DNA of 63,124 nucleotides, filler included, from Octopus bimaculoides (Eukaryota), in the NCBI RefSeq assembly GCF_001194135.2. It is 7 parts of 6 records of this genome, joined end to end, with 100 filler letters (N's around TTAATTAATTAA, not from the genome) between each part and the next. Parts side by side here need not be neighbours in the genome. Positions count along the whole stretch, not along the records: positions 46,052 to 53,129 come from NC_068985.1; positions 53,230 to 57,209 come from NC_068995.1; positions 57,310 to 61,821 come from NW_026342811.1; positions 61,922 to 63,124 come from NW_026331707.1; 3 more parts are not named here. One strand, given 5' to 3'. The stretch's first letter is position 1, and each line of letters begins with the position of its first letter. Made by a program: the position numbers and the translations under genes. Shown piece by piece: positions 52,716 through 63,124 of the stretch. The notes beneath the pieces were generated by a model. It had not been told where the DNA came from. It ran no database searches and saw nothing but the letters and a program-made list of their open reading frames with translations.

Positions 52716-53309
52716 GAACACAGAAAGAAATAAGGAGAAAAAAATATAAATGTAGTGGTCAGCGATCTATCATGGCAAATGCCGGACAGAAAGGTCACAC
52801 AGGAGAGCTAAGAAAAAGGGGAGATAACAAAGGGGAAAGAAGTGGTGAACCCAAGACGAGAAGTTGTGTGTGTGTGTGTGAGAGAATGCTGGTGATCTTA
52901 ACGTATGCATGTGTGTATGTAGGTGTGAAAAAGTGGGGAAGGGAGAAGGGAGTTGGTCAGTGCGAGTGTCTGCGTGGTGGTGTGTTGGGAAGTGATGTGT
53001 TGTGGGATATGGTGTAGCGTGGTGTGATGTGAGAGTGTTGGGATGTGGGAGTTGGGAGGTGGGGAAGTCGAAGGCGGGGGAAGCGAGAGTGGGGAAAGCA
53101 TGGGTGGATACATGTACGTATATATGCATNNNNNNNNNNNNNNNNNNNNNNNNNNNNNNNNNNNNNNNNNNNNTTAATTAATTAANNNNNNNNNNNNNNN
53201 NNNNNNNNNNNNNNNNNNNNNNNNNNNNNAACTCTGGCTTATATTCCACGCATCTGTTTCTGCGTTCATTTTCTTTGTTTTCCGTGATATGAATTGCAAA
53301 TCTGTTATG

Positions 53310-53748
53310 TACGAAGGTGAGTCAAAAAGTAATGCCATTTTGTTTTAGAACAGGTATAACTACCAACACAAGAACATGTATCATAATCAAAATGAAGGTG
53401 GTCCCCTGTGGATCCCTACATCTCAATATGGTCACCGTTTCTCTCAATAGCAATGTTCCACCTTCGAATGAGAGCATGTATGCCTGCCCCGTAAAATTCT
53501 GTTGGCTGTTCTTTGAGCCACTTCTTCACTACAGTTTTCACTTCCTCGTCACTGAACTATCATCTCTTCGGCCCCATGAAAGAGGGTTTGAGAGGCAAAC
53601 ATTATTCCAGTGAAACGGTGACTATGTTGAGAAGTAGGGATGTGATCCACAGAAGACCAGCTTCATTTTGATGTATGATACATGTTCCTGTGTTGGTAAT
53701 TATACCTGTCCTAAACAAAATGGCATTACTTTTTAACTCACCCTCGTA
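53310..53748. mobile_element. Mariner-derived MITE with ~100-bp TIRs and TA ends
   Basis: TACGAAGGTGAGTCAAAAAGTAATGCCATTTTG... at left matches the reverse complement of ...CAAAATGGCATTACTTTTTAACTCACCCTCGTA at right. The interior carries mariner C-terminal coding remnants on both strands. Confidence 0.88.
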
Positions 53749-53764
53749 TCTCTGTATGAATGAA

Positions 53765-53995
53765 TATAAAAATGAGGCTTTATTCTCTCGAACGCCGACG
53801 TCAACGCTACATCATCTGCATGATGTGGAAGATATTCCATCAGCATTGCCCAAATGATGTTGGCATCACTTTAAAGATACTTCCAAGATTTGGGCCCCCG
53901 TGTTATCCGCCCACAACTTAAAACATACTCGCATCTCATAACAACAATGCGGCACAATTATTTCACCTCAATTGGCCCCGCTTTCTTTAACGTTA
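53765..53995 (+). mobile_element. CR1-like LINE ORF2 C-terminal fragment
   Basis: LYSLERRRQRYIICMMWKI...NYFTSIGPAFFN resembles the conserved CR1/L2 post-RT tail (LERRR...GPxLFN). Confidence 0.65.
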
Positions 53996-54039
53996 AACAA
54001 AACACACACACACACACACATACACACACACACACATAT

Positions 54040-54430
54040 ATATATATATGTACATATTTGTGTGTTTGCATCTGTTTATCACCCCGCCATCGTTTGACAA
54101 CGGATGTTGGTGTGTTTACGACCCCGAAATTAGCAGTTCGGCGAAAGAAACCGATAGAAAAAGTACCAAACTTACAAAGAATACGCTCAGGGGTCGATAT
54201 CTTCGACCATAAGGTGGTGCTCCAGCATCACCACACTGAAAATGGCTGAAAGAAGTAAAAGAACATATACATATATGGGCTTCTTTCAGTTTCCGTCAAC
54301 CAAATCCGCATACAAGATTTTGGTCGGTCGGAAGCTATAGTAGAAGGCACTTGCCCAAGGTGCCACGCAGTGGGACTGAACCTGGAGCCATGTGGATGGA
54401 AAGCAGGCTTCTTACCAAACGGCCACGCCA
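54040..54430. mobile_element. Family A right module (+, 54040-54262) abutting family A left module (-, 54276-54430)
   Basis: Two modules in opposite orientation, tail to tail. Confidence 0.7.
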
Positions 54431-54997
54431 GTACCTGTGTGTGTANNNNNNNNNNNNNNNNNNNNNNNNNNNNNNNNNNNNNNNNNNNNNNNNNNNNNNN
54501 NNNNNNNNNNNNNNNNNNNNNNNNNNNNNNNNNNNNNNNNNNNNNNNNNNNNNNNNNNNNNNNNNNNNNNNNNNNNNNNNNNNNNNNNNNNNNNNNNNNN
54601 NNNNNNNNNNNNNNNNNNNNNNNNNNNNNNNNNNNNNNNNNNNNNNNNNNNNNNNNNNNNNNNNNNNNNNNNNNNNNNNNNNNNNNNNNNNNNNNNNNNN
54701 NNNNNNNNNNNNNNNNNNNNNNNNNNNNNNNNNNNNNNNNNNNNNNNNNNNNNNNNNNNNNNNNNNNNNNNNNNNNNNNNNNNNNNNNNNNNNNNNNNNN
54801 NNNNNNNNNNNNNNNNNNNNNNNNNNNNNNNNNNNNNNNNNNNNNNNNNNNNNNNNNNNNNNNNNNNNNNNNNNNNNNNNNNNNNNNNNNNNNNNNNNNN
54901 NNNNNNNNNNNNNNNNNNNNNNNNNNNNNNNNNNNNNNNNNNNNNNNNNNNNNNNNNNCAGCAGGTACACAGATCGTACATATATAAAATATGTATG

Positions 54998-55045
<48 letters not shown>

Positions 55046-55364
55046 GTTGGTTTCTTCTGTACATAGCCATAGTCGTGTGAGTATGTGTGTGTCTGTACAT
55101 GCGCGTGTGCATTTCTGTGTGTAAATATATATGTATGTATGTGTGCTAGTGTAAGTATCTATTATATGACGCCAACACACGCACGCACGGACTCACGCTC
55201 ATACACGTGTTAATCATTCTAACTTGAGTGAGACTTCAGGTTTCGTTTTAACGTCTGGCTCAGCCAGTTCTCGAAATTTTCATACAATGATTAATAATAT
55301 CAAATGCTCCATTAATATGTATATGCATAGTAACATTTCTATTAGGATTTATGCATATATATGA

Positions 55365-55457
<93 letters not shown>

Positions 55458-55480
55458 TAGATAGATAGATNNNNNNNNNN

Positions 55481-55521
<41 letters not shown>

Positions 55522-56109
55522 ATAAATACACATCATGCCTATAACAAATTGTTATATATACGCACATCCATATATTCTCCTCCCACCACATACGCGCACG
55601 CACACAGATACAGGAAGACAAACACGCACACTCACATACACACACATGCACTCACGGATTTACACCCACACCCCCACCCACGCACACTACCTTCCGAGAA
55701 AGTGTAGGCAAATTTTCTTCAAATTACACCCCCACTCCCTCTATAAAACAAAAAAAAATTCNNNNNNNNNNNNNNNNNNNNNNNNNNNNNNNNNNNNCCA
55801 CTTACCGTCATAGGGATTAGTGTTAAGTTAGAGGAAGAAGGAACCGTTCAGAACGGCCACAAGAAACATTCTGTGAGATCGCCCAGCATTTGCGAGTCCC
55901 ATAAAACAATGAAGGTTTCTAGAAATTTATTGTCGATCGAAATGACTTCGGGTAATATCCGGTTACATTGGATATTTCTTACACGCGTAGGAGGTGTGAG
56001 TAAGGTAGATTTTATGCAAGCTCATTGCACCTCATGCAGAAAGATCTTCGTCCGGGTAGAATAAAAACGAGACTTCCTTGTTTGTCATACTACCCGCTTT
56101 GAGGATGTC

Positions 56110-56256
56110 TTTGTCGGTTAAGTCATCGCAGGAGCACGGGTATGCACCCACACATACTGATGACTGCCGTCTCCCCGAGCTTCTGCATTGTCAATGGCGT
56201 TTCTGACATTCCATCTATGACCTCTCCGATGACTATTCAGTCCTGCTATAGATCTG
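56110..56256 (-). mobile_element. RTE-like LINE terminal zinc-finger remnant
   Basis: RSIAGLNSHRRGH on the minus strand resembles the C2H2 tail of RTE ORF2; truncated by a SINE at 56258. Confidence 0.45.
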
Positions 56257-56257
56257 T

Positions 56258-56505
56258 GAAGGCGCGTGGCTTAGTAGTTAGGGTGTTTTCGGCTCACGAT
56301 CGTAAGATCGTGAGTTCGATTCCCGGCGACGCGTTGTATTCTTGAGCAAGACACTTTATATCATGTTGCTCCAGTCCACTTAGCTGGCAAAAATGAGTAG
56401 TATTTGTATTTCAAAGGGCCAGCCTTGTCACACTCTGTGTCACGCTGAACCTCCCAGATAACTACGTTAAGGGTACACGTGTCTGTGGAGTGCTCAGCCA
56501 CTTGC
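56258..56505 (+). mobile_element. SINE family D (tRNA head + CORE-like segment + family C body)
   Basis: TCTTGAGCAAGACACTTTA...GCTCCAGTCCACTTAGCTGGCAAAAATGAGT then CAAAGGGCCAGCCTTGTCACAC...; followed by an inverted family A left module (~56600-56740). Confidence 0.8.
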
Positions 56506-57309
56506 TCGTCTATCTATCTATCTATCTATCTATCCATCCATCCATACATCCATACATACATACATACAAACATGCATACATACATTCATACAAACATGTT
56601 TACATACGACGGGCTTTTATCGGTTTCCGCCTACCAAGTTCACTCACAAGGCTTTGGAAGGCCCGAAGCTATAGTTGAAGATGCTTGCCAAAGGCGCCAT
56701 GTGATGGGACTGACCCCAGAACCATATGAACTCAAGCTTTGAACTCCGTAGGATTTGAACTCAGAATGGAAAGCGTCGGAAGATATGCATCAAAGCCTTT
56801 TCTGAAGACTACTAAATCCTCTTCCATCCACAGCCATGAATTGGTCTCTTCATTTTCTCAAACCGTGAAGAATATAAAGCAAGGCTGACCTCTGCAGGAT
56901 TTGAACTCAGAATGTATAGAACCGGAAAACAACGACAATTACATCAACAACAACATGACCTGATGGGTGTTGTGCGGATCTGTCGAATAAATGAAAATGA
57001 ATGAAGGAGACAAGTGAAAATGAAGTGTAAATTACAGGTGAGTTATATAGTCACACACGTTAATTAGAGTAATTAACAGTGTTTAACAGTGACTGATGAC
57101 CTGTACATGTATTACTACTACTGCTACTACTACAACCACCACTACCACTAGCAGCTGCATCAGCACTACCTTCATCACCACTGCCGCCGCCACCACCACC
57201 ACCACCACTNNNNNNNNNNNNNNNNNNNNNNNNNNNNNNNNNNNNNNNNNNNNTTAATTAATTAANNNNNNNNNNNNNNNNNNNNNNNNNNNNNNNNNNN
57301 NNNNNNNNN

Positions 57310-57545
57310 AGGTGAGACGGCAAGAAGTTTGGCTGAGCGTGTAAACGAACATTGGAGGGACTATAATAATCAAAAACAAACCTCGGTGCTCTACCAGCAT
57401 GCCAAAGAACAACATGGTGGTGTACTGGACAGAATTAGCATAGAAATCCTGTCTAGACACCCCGGTGACGCATCGTTGCGACAAATACAGGAGTCGGTCC
57501 TCATAACTGAAACGCAACCAATTTTAAACACAAAATACACGTAGA
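57310..57545 (+). mobile_element. Penelope-like GIY-YIG endonuclease C-terminal fragment
   Basis: GETARSLAERVNEH...SVLYQHAKEQH...LRQIQESVLITETQPILN; matches the GETxRxLxxRxxEH / E-x9-LN pattern. 5' part lost in gap. Confidence 0.8.
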
Positions 57546-57893
57546 TGAGGGCCTTACAATTGCCCATGGTTGCATGTGTTGTTCACACGTATTCTCCGTT
57601 CGTTGAATGTGCCATCAGGAGATTTGGTGGGATCAGACAAATAACACCAAAGTTCAGATACTAGTCAGATCCAGATCATTGTGTAATGTTATAAATAATA
57701 AATTCAGTATAAGTATACATTGAATGAGAAACAATTTATTTGACTTCACAGCAAGTAACATATCGGTCTGTTTTACTCAAACATTGTGTTTAAAGCTGTG
57801 AGATCAACAACATAAGCGATTCGCTAAGGACATAATCGATGAGAGTTTAAAACATTGGATGTGGAAAATATGTAGCAAATGTCAAGTACTTAC

Positions 57894-58093
57894 AAAGATG
57901 TAGTATTTTGCGGGATATTGTTGGGGACTGAAGTTAATCGGCGGCGTTCACAATTTACAATTCCATTCCTATAGCAAATACATATGGTGCATGCACTTGA
58001 CACAACGTGTTGCCCGAAAACCAATCTCGTATACAGTATGAACACAAAAGTCCATTCAACTAACATAATTTGACGGAACATATTTTCAGGCAT
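57894..58093 (-). CDS. First coding exon of a secreted/membrane leucine-rich-repeat protein (signal peptide + LRRNT cap); exon 57894-58097
   Basis: Translation MPENMFRQIMLVEWTFVFILYTRLVFGQHVVSSACTICICYRNGIVNCERRRLTSVPNNIPQNTTS(L): hydrophobic leader then C-x2-C-x-C-x7-C-x4-L-x2-VP-x2-IP, the LRRNT pattern. Acceptor ttttctattttcttctcttacAG ends at 58098, ATG at 58093, donor GTAAGT at 57893-57888 splits the Leu codon (phase 2), as is typical of LRR genes with one repeat per exon. Confidence 0.85.
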
Positions 58094-59658
58094 AAATCTG
58101 TAAGAGAAGAAAATAGAAAATATCAGAGGCTTCAATGTTATTACTTTCATGCTGCAGATTCTTCGAAGGAAGCAAAGTTCACCCTTGTTCCATGTGAGGA
58201 ATATGGCTTTATTTTCATTATTTGATTTTCAAAGTTAGAAAATTAAGTTTCGAGAAATTAGTGTGAAAAAATATATTAGTGATTATAAGCTTAAGAAAAC
58301 TGAGCATCAAACACATACACACACACACACTCACAAACACATACACACACACAAACGTACCCCTACACATTCCCATGCAGTAACCATGCTCGGTGGATCT
58401 ACTGTAAAATTAATGAATCATAAGTTTCCAGGACCGTAAACTTGTGGTCCCTCTAAACCCGATTNNNNNNNNNNNNNNNNNNNNNNNNNNNNNNNNNNNN
58501 NNNNNNNNNNNNNNNNNNNNNNNNNNNNNNNNNNNNNNNNNNNNNNNNNNNNNNNNNNNNNNNNNNNNNNNNNNNNNNNNNNNNNTATATATAAATTAAA
58601 AACGTAAAAATAAAAATAAAAACAGAACACAAAGGATTCCGCGGTTTTACACGTGTTTCATGCTTTATAGTCGTTGCATCATTATATGGGTATATAATTG
58701 ATAGACAGGATGGTATAAAGCTATCTTCAGCCGCTAATATATTCTTTCCCAAGCATTATATCACAAAGAAGAAGTCACCAAGAAAAAAGTAAAAGATAAA
58801 CATGAGAGATAAAAAGTGGGAGTCCACTTGGTATTGTCCATTGTAATATACGTTGTAATATGTTTGTCCTTAAGTTGATACATTTACATAAAAGTTCATC
58901 GGTACTCCGAAATCTGTCCATATTGTGCCACAATTCAGGGTAGAGTGAATGCTAAATAAACATAACTAGCTTATATGGGCTAGAAGAGGCGATTAAAACA
59001 ATATAAAATACGAAGAAAAATACACAGATATTAGTACAAAAACAATAGAAGTCAAATCGGGATAGTAAAGTAAAATGCATATAAGCTATTTAGAGGGGCT
59101 GGGTGGTAAAATATAAAATTAATGAAATAAAATAACAGAGTTAAGAAGAAGGGGGATAAAAAGACCTAAAAGTAGAAAAAAAGATAAATAAAGATAAATA
59201 AAGATAGATAAAGAGATAAAGAGATCTTAAAGGGTGAGATCGTAAATGACAGATATACATGATGTTGTGTCGGCCAAGACTAGTGGTGGGTCATAAATAA
59301 ATAACGTCAGGCTAAAGAAAACTTGAAATATGATATTCTTGTGGTGAGTGGTCAGTTTGGCCGAACTACAACTTAAGTATACGAACTTATCTATTATATT
59401 GGTACATACACTTATCTAGAGGATAAAAGGATGATTGAAGTGGAAAATGGTAATTAGAACATAAAAACTAAAACAATGAGTAATTAGAAAATGTAAACAA
59501 GAAAAATGTTATAGAATATATAGAAAATATAATGGGGAAAACTAGGGTTGGAAGTAAAAATTCAAAATACAGGGTATTGGGAACACTTCAACCGTAGTAA
59601 TATAGTATAATAGTAATATAGTATTACATAATGTAATAGTGATAAGAAATAACAACAC

Positions 59659-59708
<50 letters not shown>

Positions 59709-60510
59709 TCATACGAGTAGTACAACAAGGTACCGATATTTACTGGACAATAGCAATCGATATAAATACGATGCTATTGTATAGCTTCACTGCGTATATA
59801 CTAGCAAAAATGCGTGTGTGCAACAAAACATTAGAAAATGAACAACCCAGGTTTCAGACTTTTCAAATACGTTTCACAACGTAAATCTGATTAGTCCTCA
59901 TCAGCTGCATTCACCTAGACAACATTTTAAAATGTTGTTCATTTTCTAATGTTCTTCCTAAGGTAAGACAGGTTTTNNNNNNNNNNNNNNNNNNNNNNNN
60001 NNNNNNNNNNNNNNNNNNNNNNNNNNNNNNNNNNNNNNNNNNNNNNNNNNNNNNNNNNNNNNNNNNNNNNNNNNNNNNNNNNNNNNNNNNNNNNNNNNNN
60101 NNNNNNNNNNNNNNNNNNNNNNNNNNNNNNNNNNNNNNNNNNNNNNNNNNNNNNNNNNNNNNNNNNNNNNNNNNNNNNNNNNNNNNNNNNNNNNNNNNNN
60201 NNNNNNNNNNNNNNNNNNNNNNNNNNNNNNNNNNNNNNNNNNNNNNNNNNNNNNNNNNNNNNNNNNNNNNNNNNNNNNNNNNNNNNNNNNNNNNNNNNNN
60301 NNNNNNNNNNNNNNNNNNNNNNNNNNNNNNNNNNNNNNNNNNNNNNNNNNNNNNNNNNNNNNNNNNNNNNNNNNNNNNNNNNNNNNNNNNNNNNNNNNNN
60401 NNNNNNNNNNNNNNNNNNNNNNNNNNNNNNNNNNNNNNNNNNNNNNNNNNNNNNNNNNNNNNNNNNNNNNNNNNNNNNNNNNNNNNNNNNNNNNNNNNNN
60501 NNNNNNNNNN

Positions 60511-60569
<59 letters not shown>

Positions 60570-61339
60570 ATGTATGTATGTATGTATGTATGTATTAAAT
60601 GATTAATACGGAAGACGGAGTGTAATTGAAAGCTTTATTTAGCACAACAATCATTTGAGCTACCTACTGTACTGCCCTCTAATAGGTAGGGAACGATGTA
60701 ATGACATCAGATGCATTGCATAGAGCAAAAGAACCTAACCAGGTGACGTAATAGGTTTCAGCAATTGTAAGGCTTCCATGTTGGTGGTATTATGGTGTGC
60801 TGCTAGTAGTTCCCACACATTGATGTAGTATGGATCCTTGTGGTGTGTATACAGGAAGTGGTTGATAAAATAATACAAAGAATATAATGTAAAGCGGGGT
60901 GTTAATAGCATTGGACTGCAAGGCCCCTAAAGCATGCGGAAACCTTTGATGACTGCATTTGGCAGTCAAGTGTGACGGCCTGGTCAAGTGTTTGCTGGGG
61001 GTGTGATTCCTGCCTTTAGACTTGATGGCTGCTTAACTGACCTATGGCCCGTGTTAATGTCGGAACCTACACCGATTCACACCAACGCCTATACAGACAC
61101 ATATAAGTACACACACATACACACACAAGCACACACAAACACACACACACACACAAACACACACACGCACGCGGATATACGCACGTGTTTATTCACACTC
61201 GTGCCATTCAGTGAAAGTACATAAACGCATTCATCTATTTATACATACAGGCAGACATACAAAGACATACATATAAATATGTGCACGTACACATATATAC
61301 ACAGAAATGCACATTCACATACACATTCACACACACACA

Positions 61340-61385
<46 letters not shown>

Positions 61386-61921
61386 CACATGCACAAGTTT
61401 GTGTGTATGTGTCCGTGAATGTGTAAATATAGATGGCTTCGTCTATGCACATACACCGTATGGCACAAGTGCATATATAAGTGATTGTATATCCGGTTGT
61501 ATGTGTCTATAACTGTGGCTGCCTGGATGCATTTAACATAATATGTTAAATGCATCTCTGCGGCTACATTTCGTCGGACTAAATTGACAATCATTATTAA
61601 GAATCGCCGAGCCCCCAGAAACAGCTGTTGGACTTATAATACCTTCACTCCACCCCTTTAATTTATATATATATATATATATATATATACATGTTTAGTA
61701 TTTGATTTATTTAATATACTGTATATACGGATGTGTCTATTTTACTTCTCACATTTGTTTCTGTATGTATGCGTGTGTACATATGCATATAAATATATAT
61801 GCATATGTATATGTGTGTGTANNNNNNNNNNNNNNNNNNNNNNNNNNNNNNNNNNNNNNNNNNNNTTAATTAATTAANNNNNNNNNNNNNNNNNNNNNNN
61901 NNNNNNNNNNNNNNNNNNNNN

Positions 61922-61960
<39 letters not shown>

Positions 61961-62960
61961 TGGAAGAAGAAGAAGAAGAAATAGAATGAAGAAACAAAAG
62001 AAGAAAGTGAGTGAATGAGGAATGAAAAGGAGGAAAGGAAAAATATGTAAGACAAAGGAAGAAGTTAATGTTAAATGTGAGAAAGGTAAACAGAATAAAC
62101 GGTAAAAGAGAAAAGGAGAGAAAGAAAGAGAAAAATAAATGAAAGAAGAAGGAGAAAAGCAAAAGAATAAAAGAAGAAATAGAAATGTAAATGAAAGAAT
62201 GAAGGGTAGGAAAGTGAATGAAAAGTAATGAAAATAGTGAATGAAAAAGAAAATGTAGAAGAAATGTCGAAGAATGTAGAAGAAAAGGGATGTAAGCAGA
62301 TGAATGTAGAAGAAAAGCAGAATGAAGCGATAAGCAGAAGCAAAAGCGAATGAAAGACAGCAGGATAGAAATGTTAATGAAAAATGGAAGACAAGAGGAA
62401 AGTAAAAGGAAAGTGGTGGAAAGAAGGAAGGAAGTGGAAGAGGAAGAGGAAGTGGAAGTGGAAGAAGAAGAATGAACGATGGAAGGAGAGAAAAGTAGAT
62501 GGAAGAAAACTGACAAACAGAGAATGAAAGTAGAAAAGGAAATTGAATGAATGAAGAAGAAAAAAAGAAGCGAAGTAAATAAATAAAAATAAAAGTGAAT
62601 GAAAATGGAAGGAAAAGAATGGGGTGTAAAAAAGAAAAAAAAACACACTTGGGAAAAGATAACGAAATGGGAGAAGGAAAGAAGACTGAAGAAGAAAAAT
62701 AACGAAGGCGTAATATGGAGGAAAAGCAGAAATTAGAACGAAAGGCAGGAAAAACAAAATAATTGAAAGAATGAAGGTGAAAGAAAATGAAAATGATAGG
62801 ATAGAGAAAGATGGAAAATATAATAAGGAGAAAAAATAATTGAAAGAAGGAAGGAAGACTTATGACATAGATGTGAATGAAGGCGGCTAGAACACTGTAA
62901 CGAAGAAAATAAAAGAAGAGAAAGAAAAAGAGCAACATAAGAAAAGAAAGAATATGTAAG
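61922..62960. repeat. ~1-kb purine-only-rich low-complexity tract
   Basis: (AG)n then GAA/GAAA-rich degenerate sequence, almost no C on the plus strand. Confidence 0.9.
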
Positions 62961-63124
62961 AAAAATGTTATCATTGATGCAGAAGTGGTTGCGAGGTTTC
63001 GGGTTAATTTCCATTCTGCACCTCTTTGAGCGACCTCTAGAATAAATCCAGATCGACCATCCGACCATCCAACCAGTCTTATGAGTGAATTAGGTCAGAC
63101 AGAAACAGTGCCTCCCCCACTTAT

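Overview
AT-rich, microsatellite- and gap-rich eukaryotic (animal) genomic DNA. The repeat complement (several tRNA-headed SINE families, RTE/R4/CR1-like LINE and Penelope-like fragments, CA/TA/CATA microsatellites) strongly resembles an octopus/coleoid cephalopod genome; this is inferred from recalled repeat sequences, not from a search. The only host-gene piece I can support is one minus-strand exon (57894-58097) with clean splice signals. It encodes a signal peptide plus an LRR N-terminal Cys cap, i.e. the first coding exon of a secreted or membrane leucine-rich-repeat protein. I found no further exons. Everything else is decayed mobile DNA: at least 4 modular SINE families (some in head-to-tail tandems), Penelope-like elements (canonical RT plus C-terminal GIY-YIG, and a Naiad-like RT), R4/Dong-like RLE LINEs, RTE and CR1-like LINE pieces, mariner, hAT and a nearly complete Merlin (IS1595-like) transposase, and MITEs. 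Several minimal hammerhead-ribozyme-like motifs also occur. Six 100-bp N44-TTAATTAATTAA-N44 linkers are artificial scaffold joins, so adjacency across them is unproven. Almost all ORFs in the supplied track are artefacts of N-runs or simple repeats. I found no evidence of a multi-gene novel system; the best leads are the non-coding RNA motifs and the element architectures.
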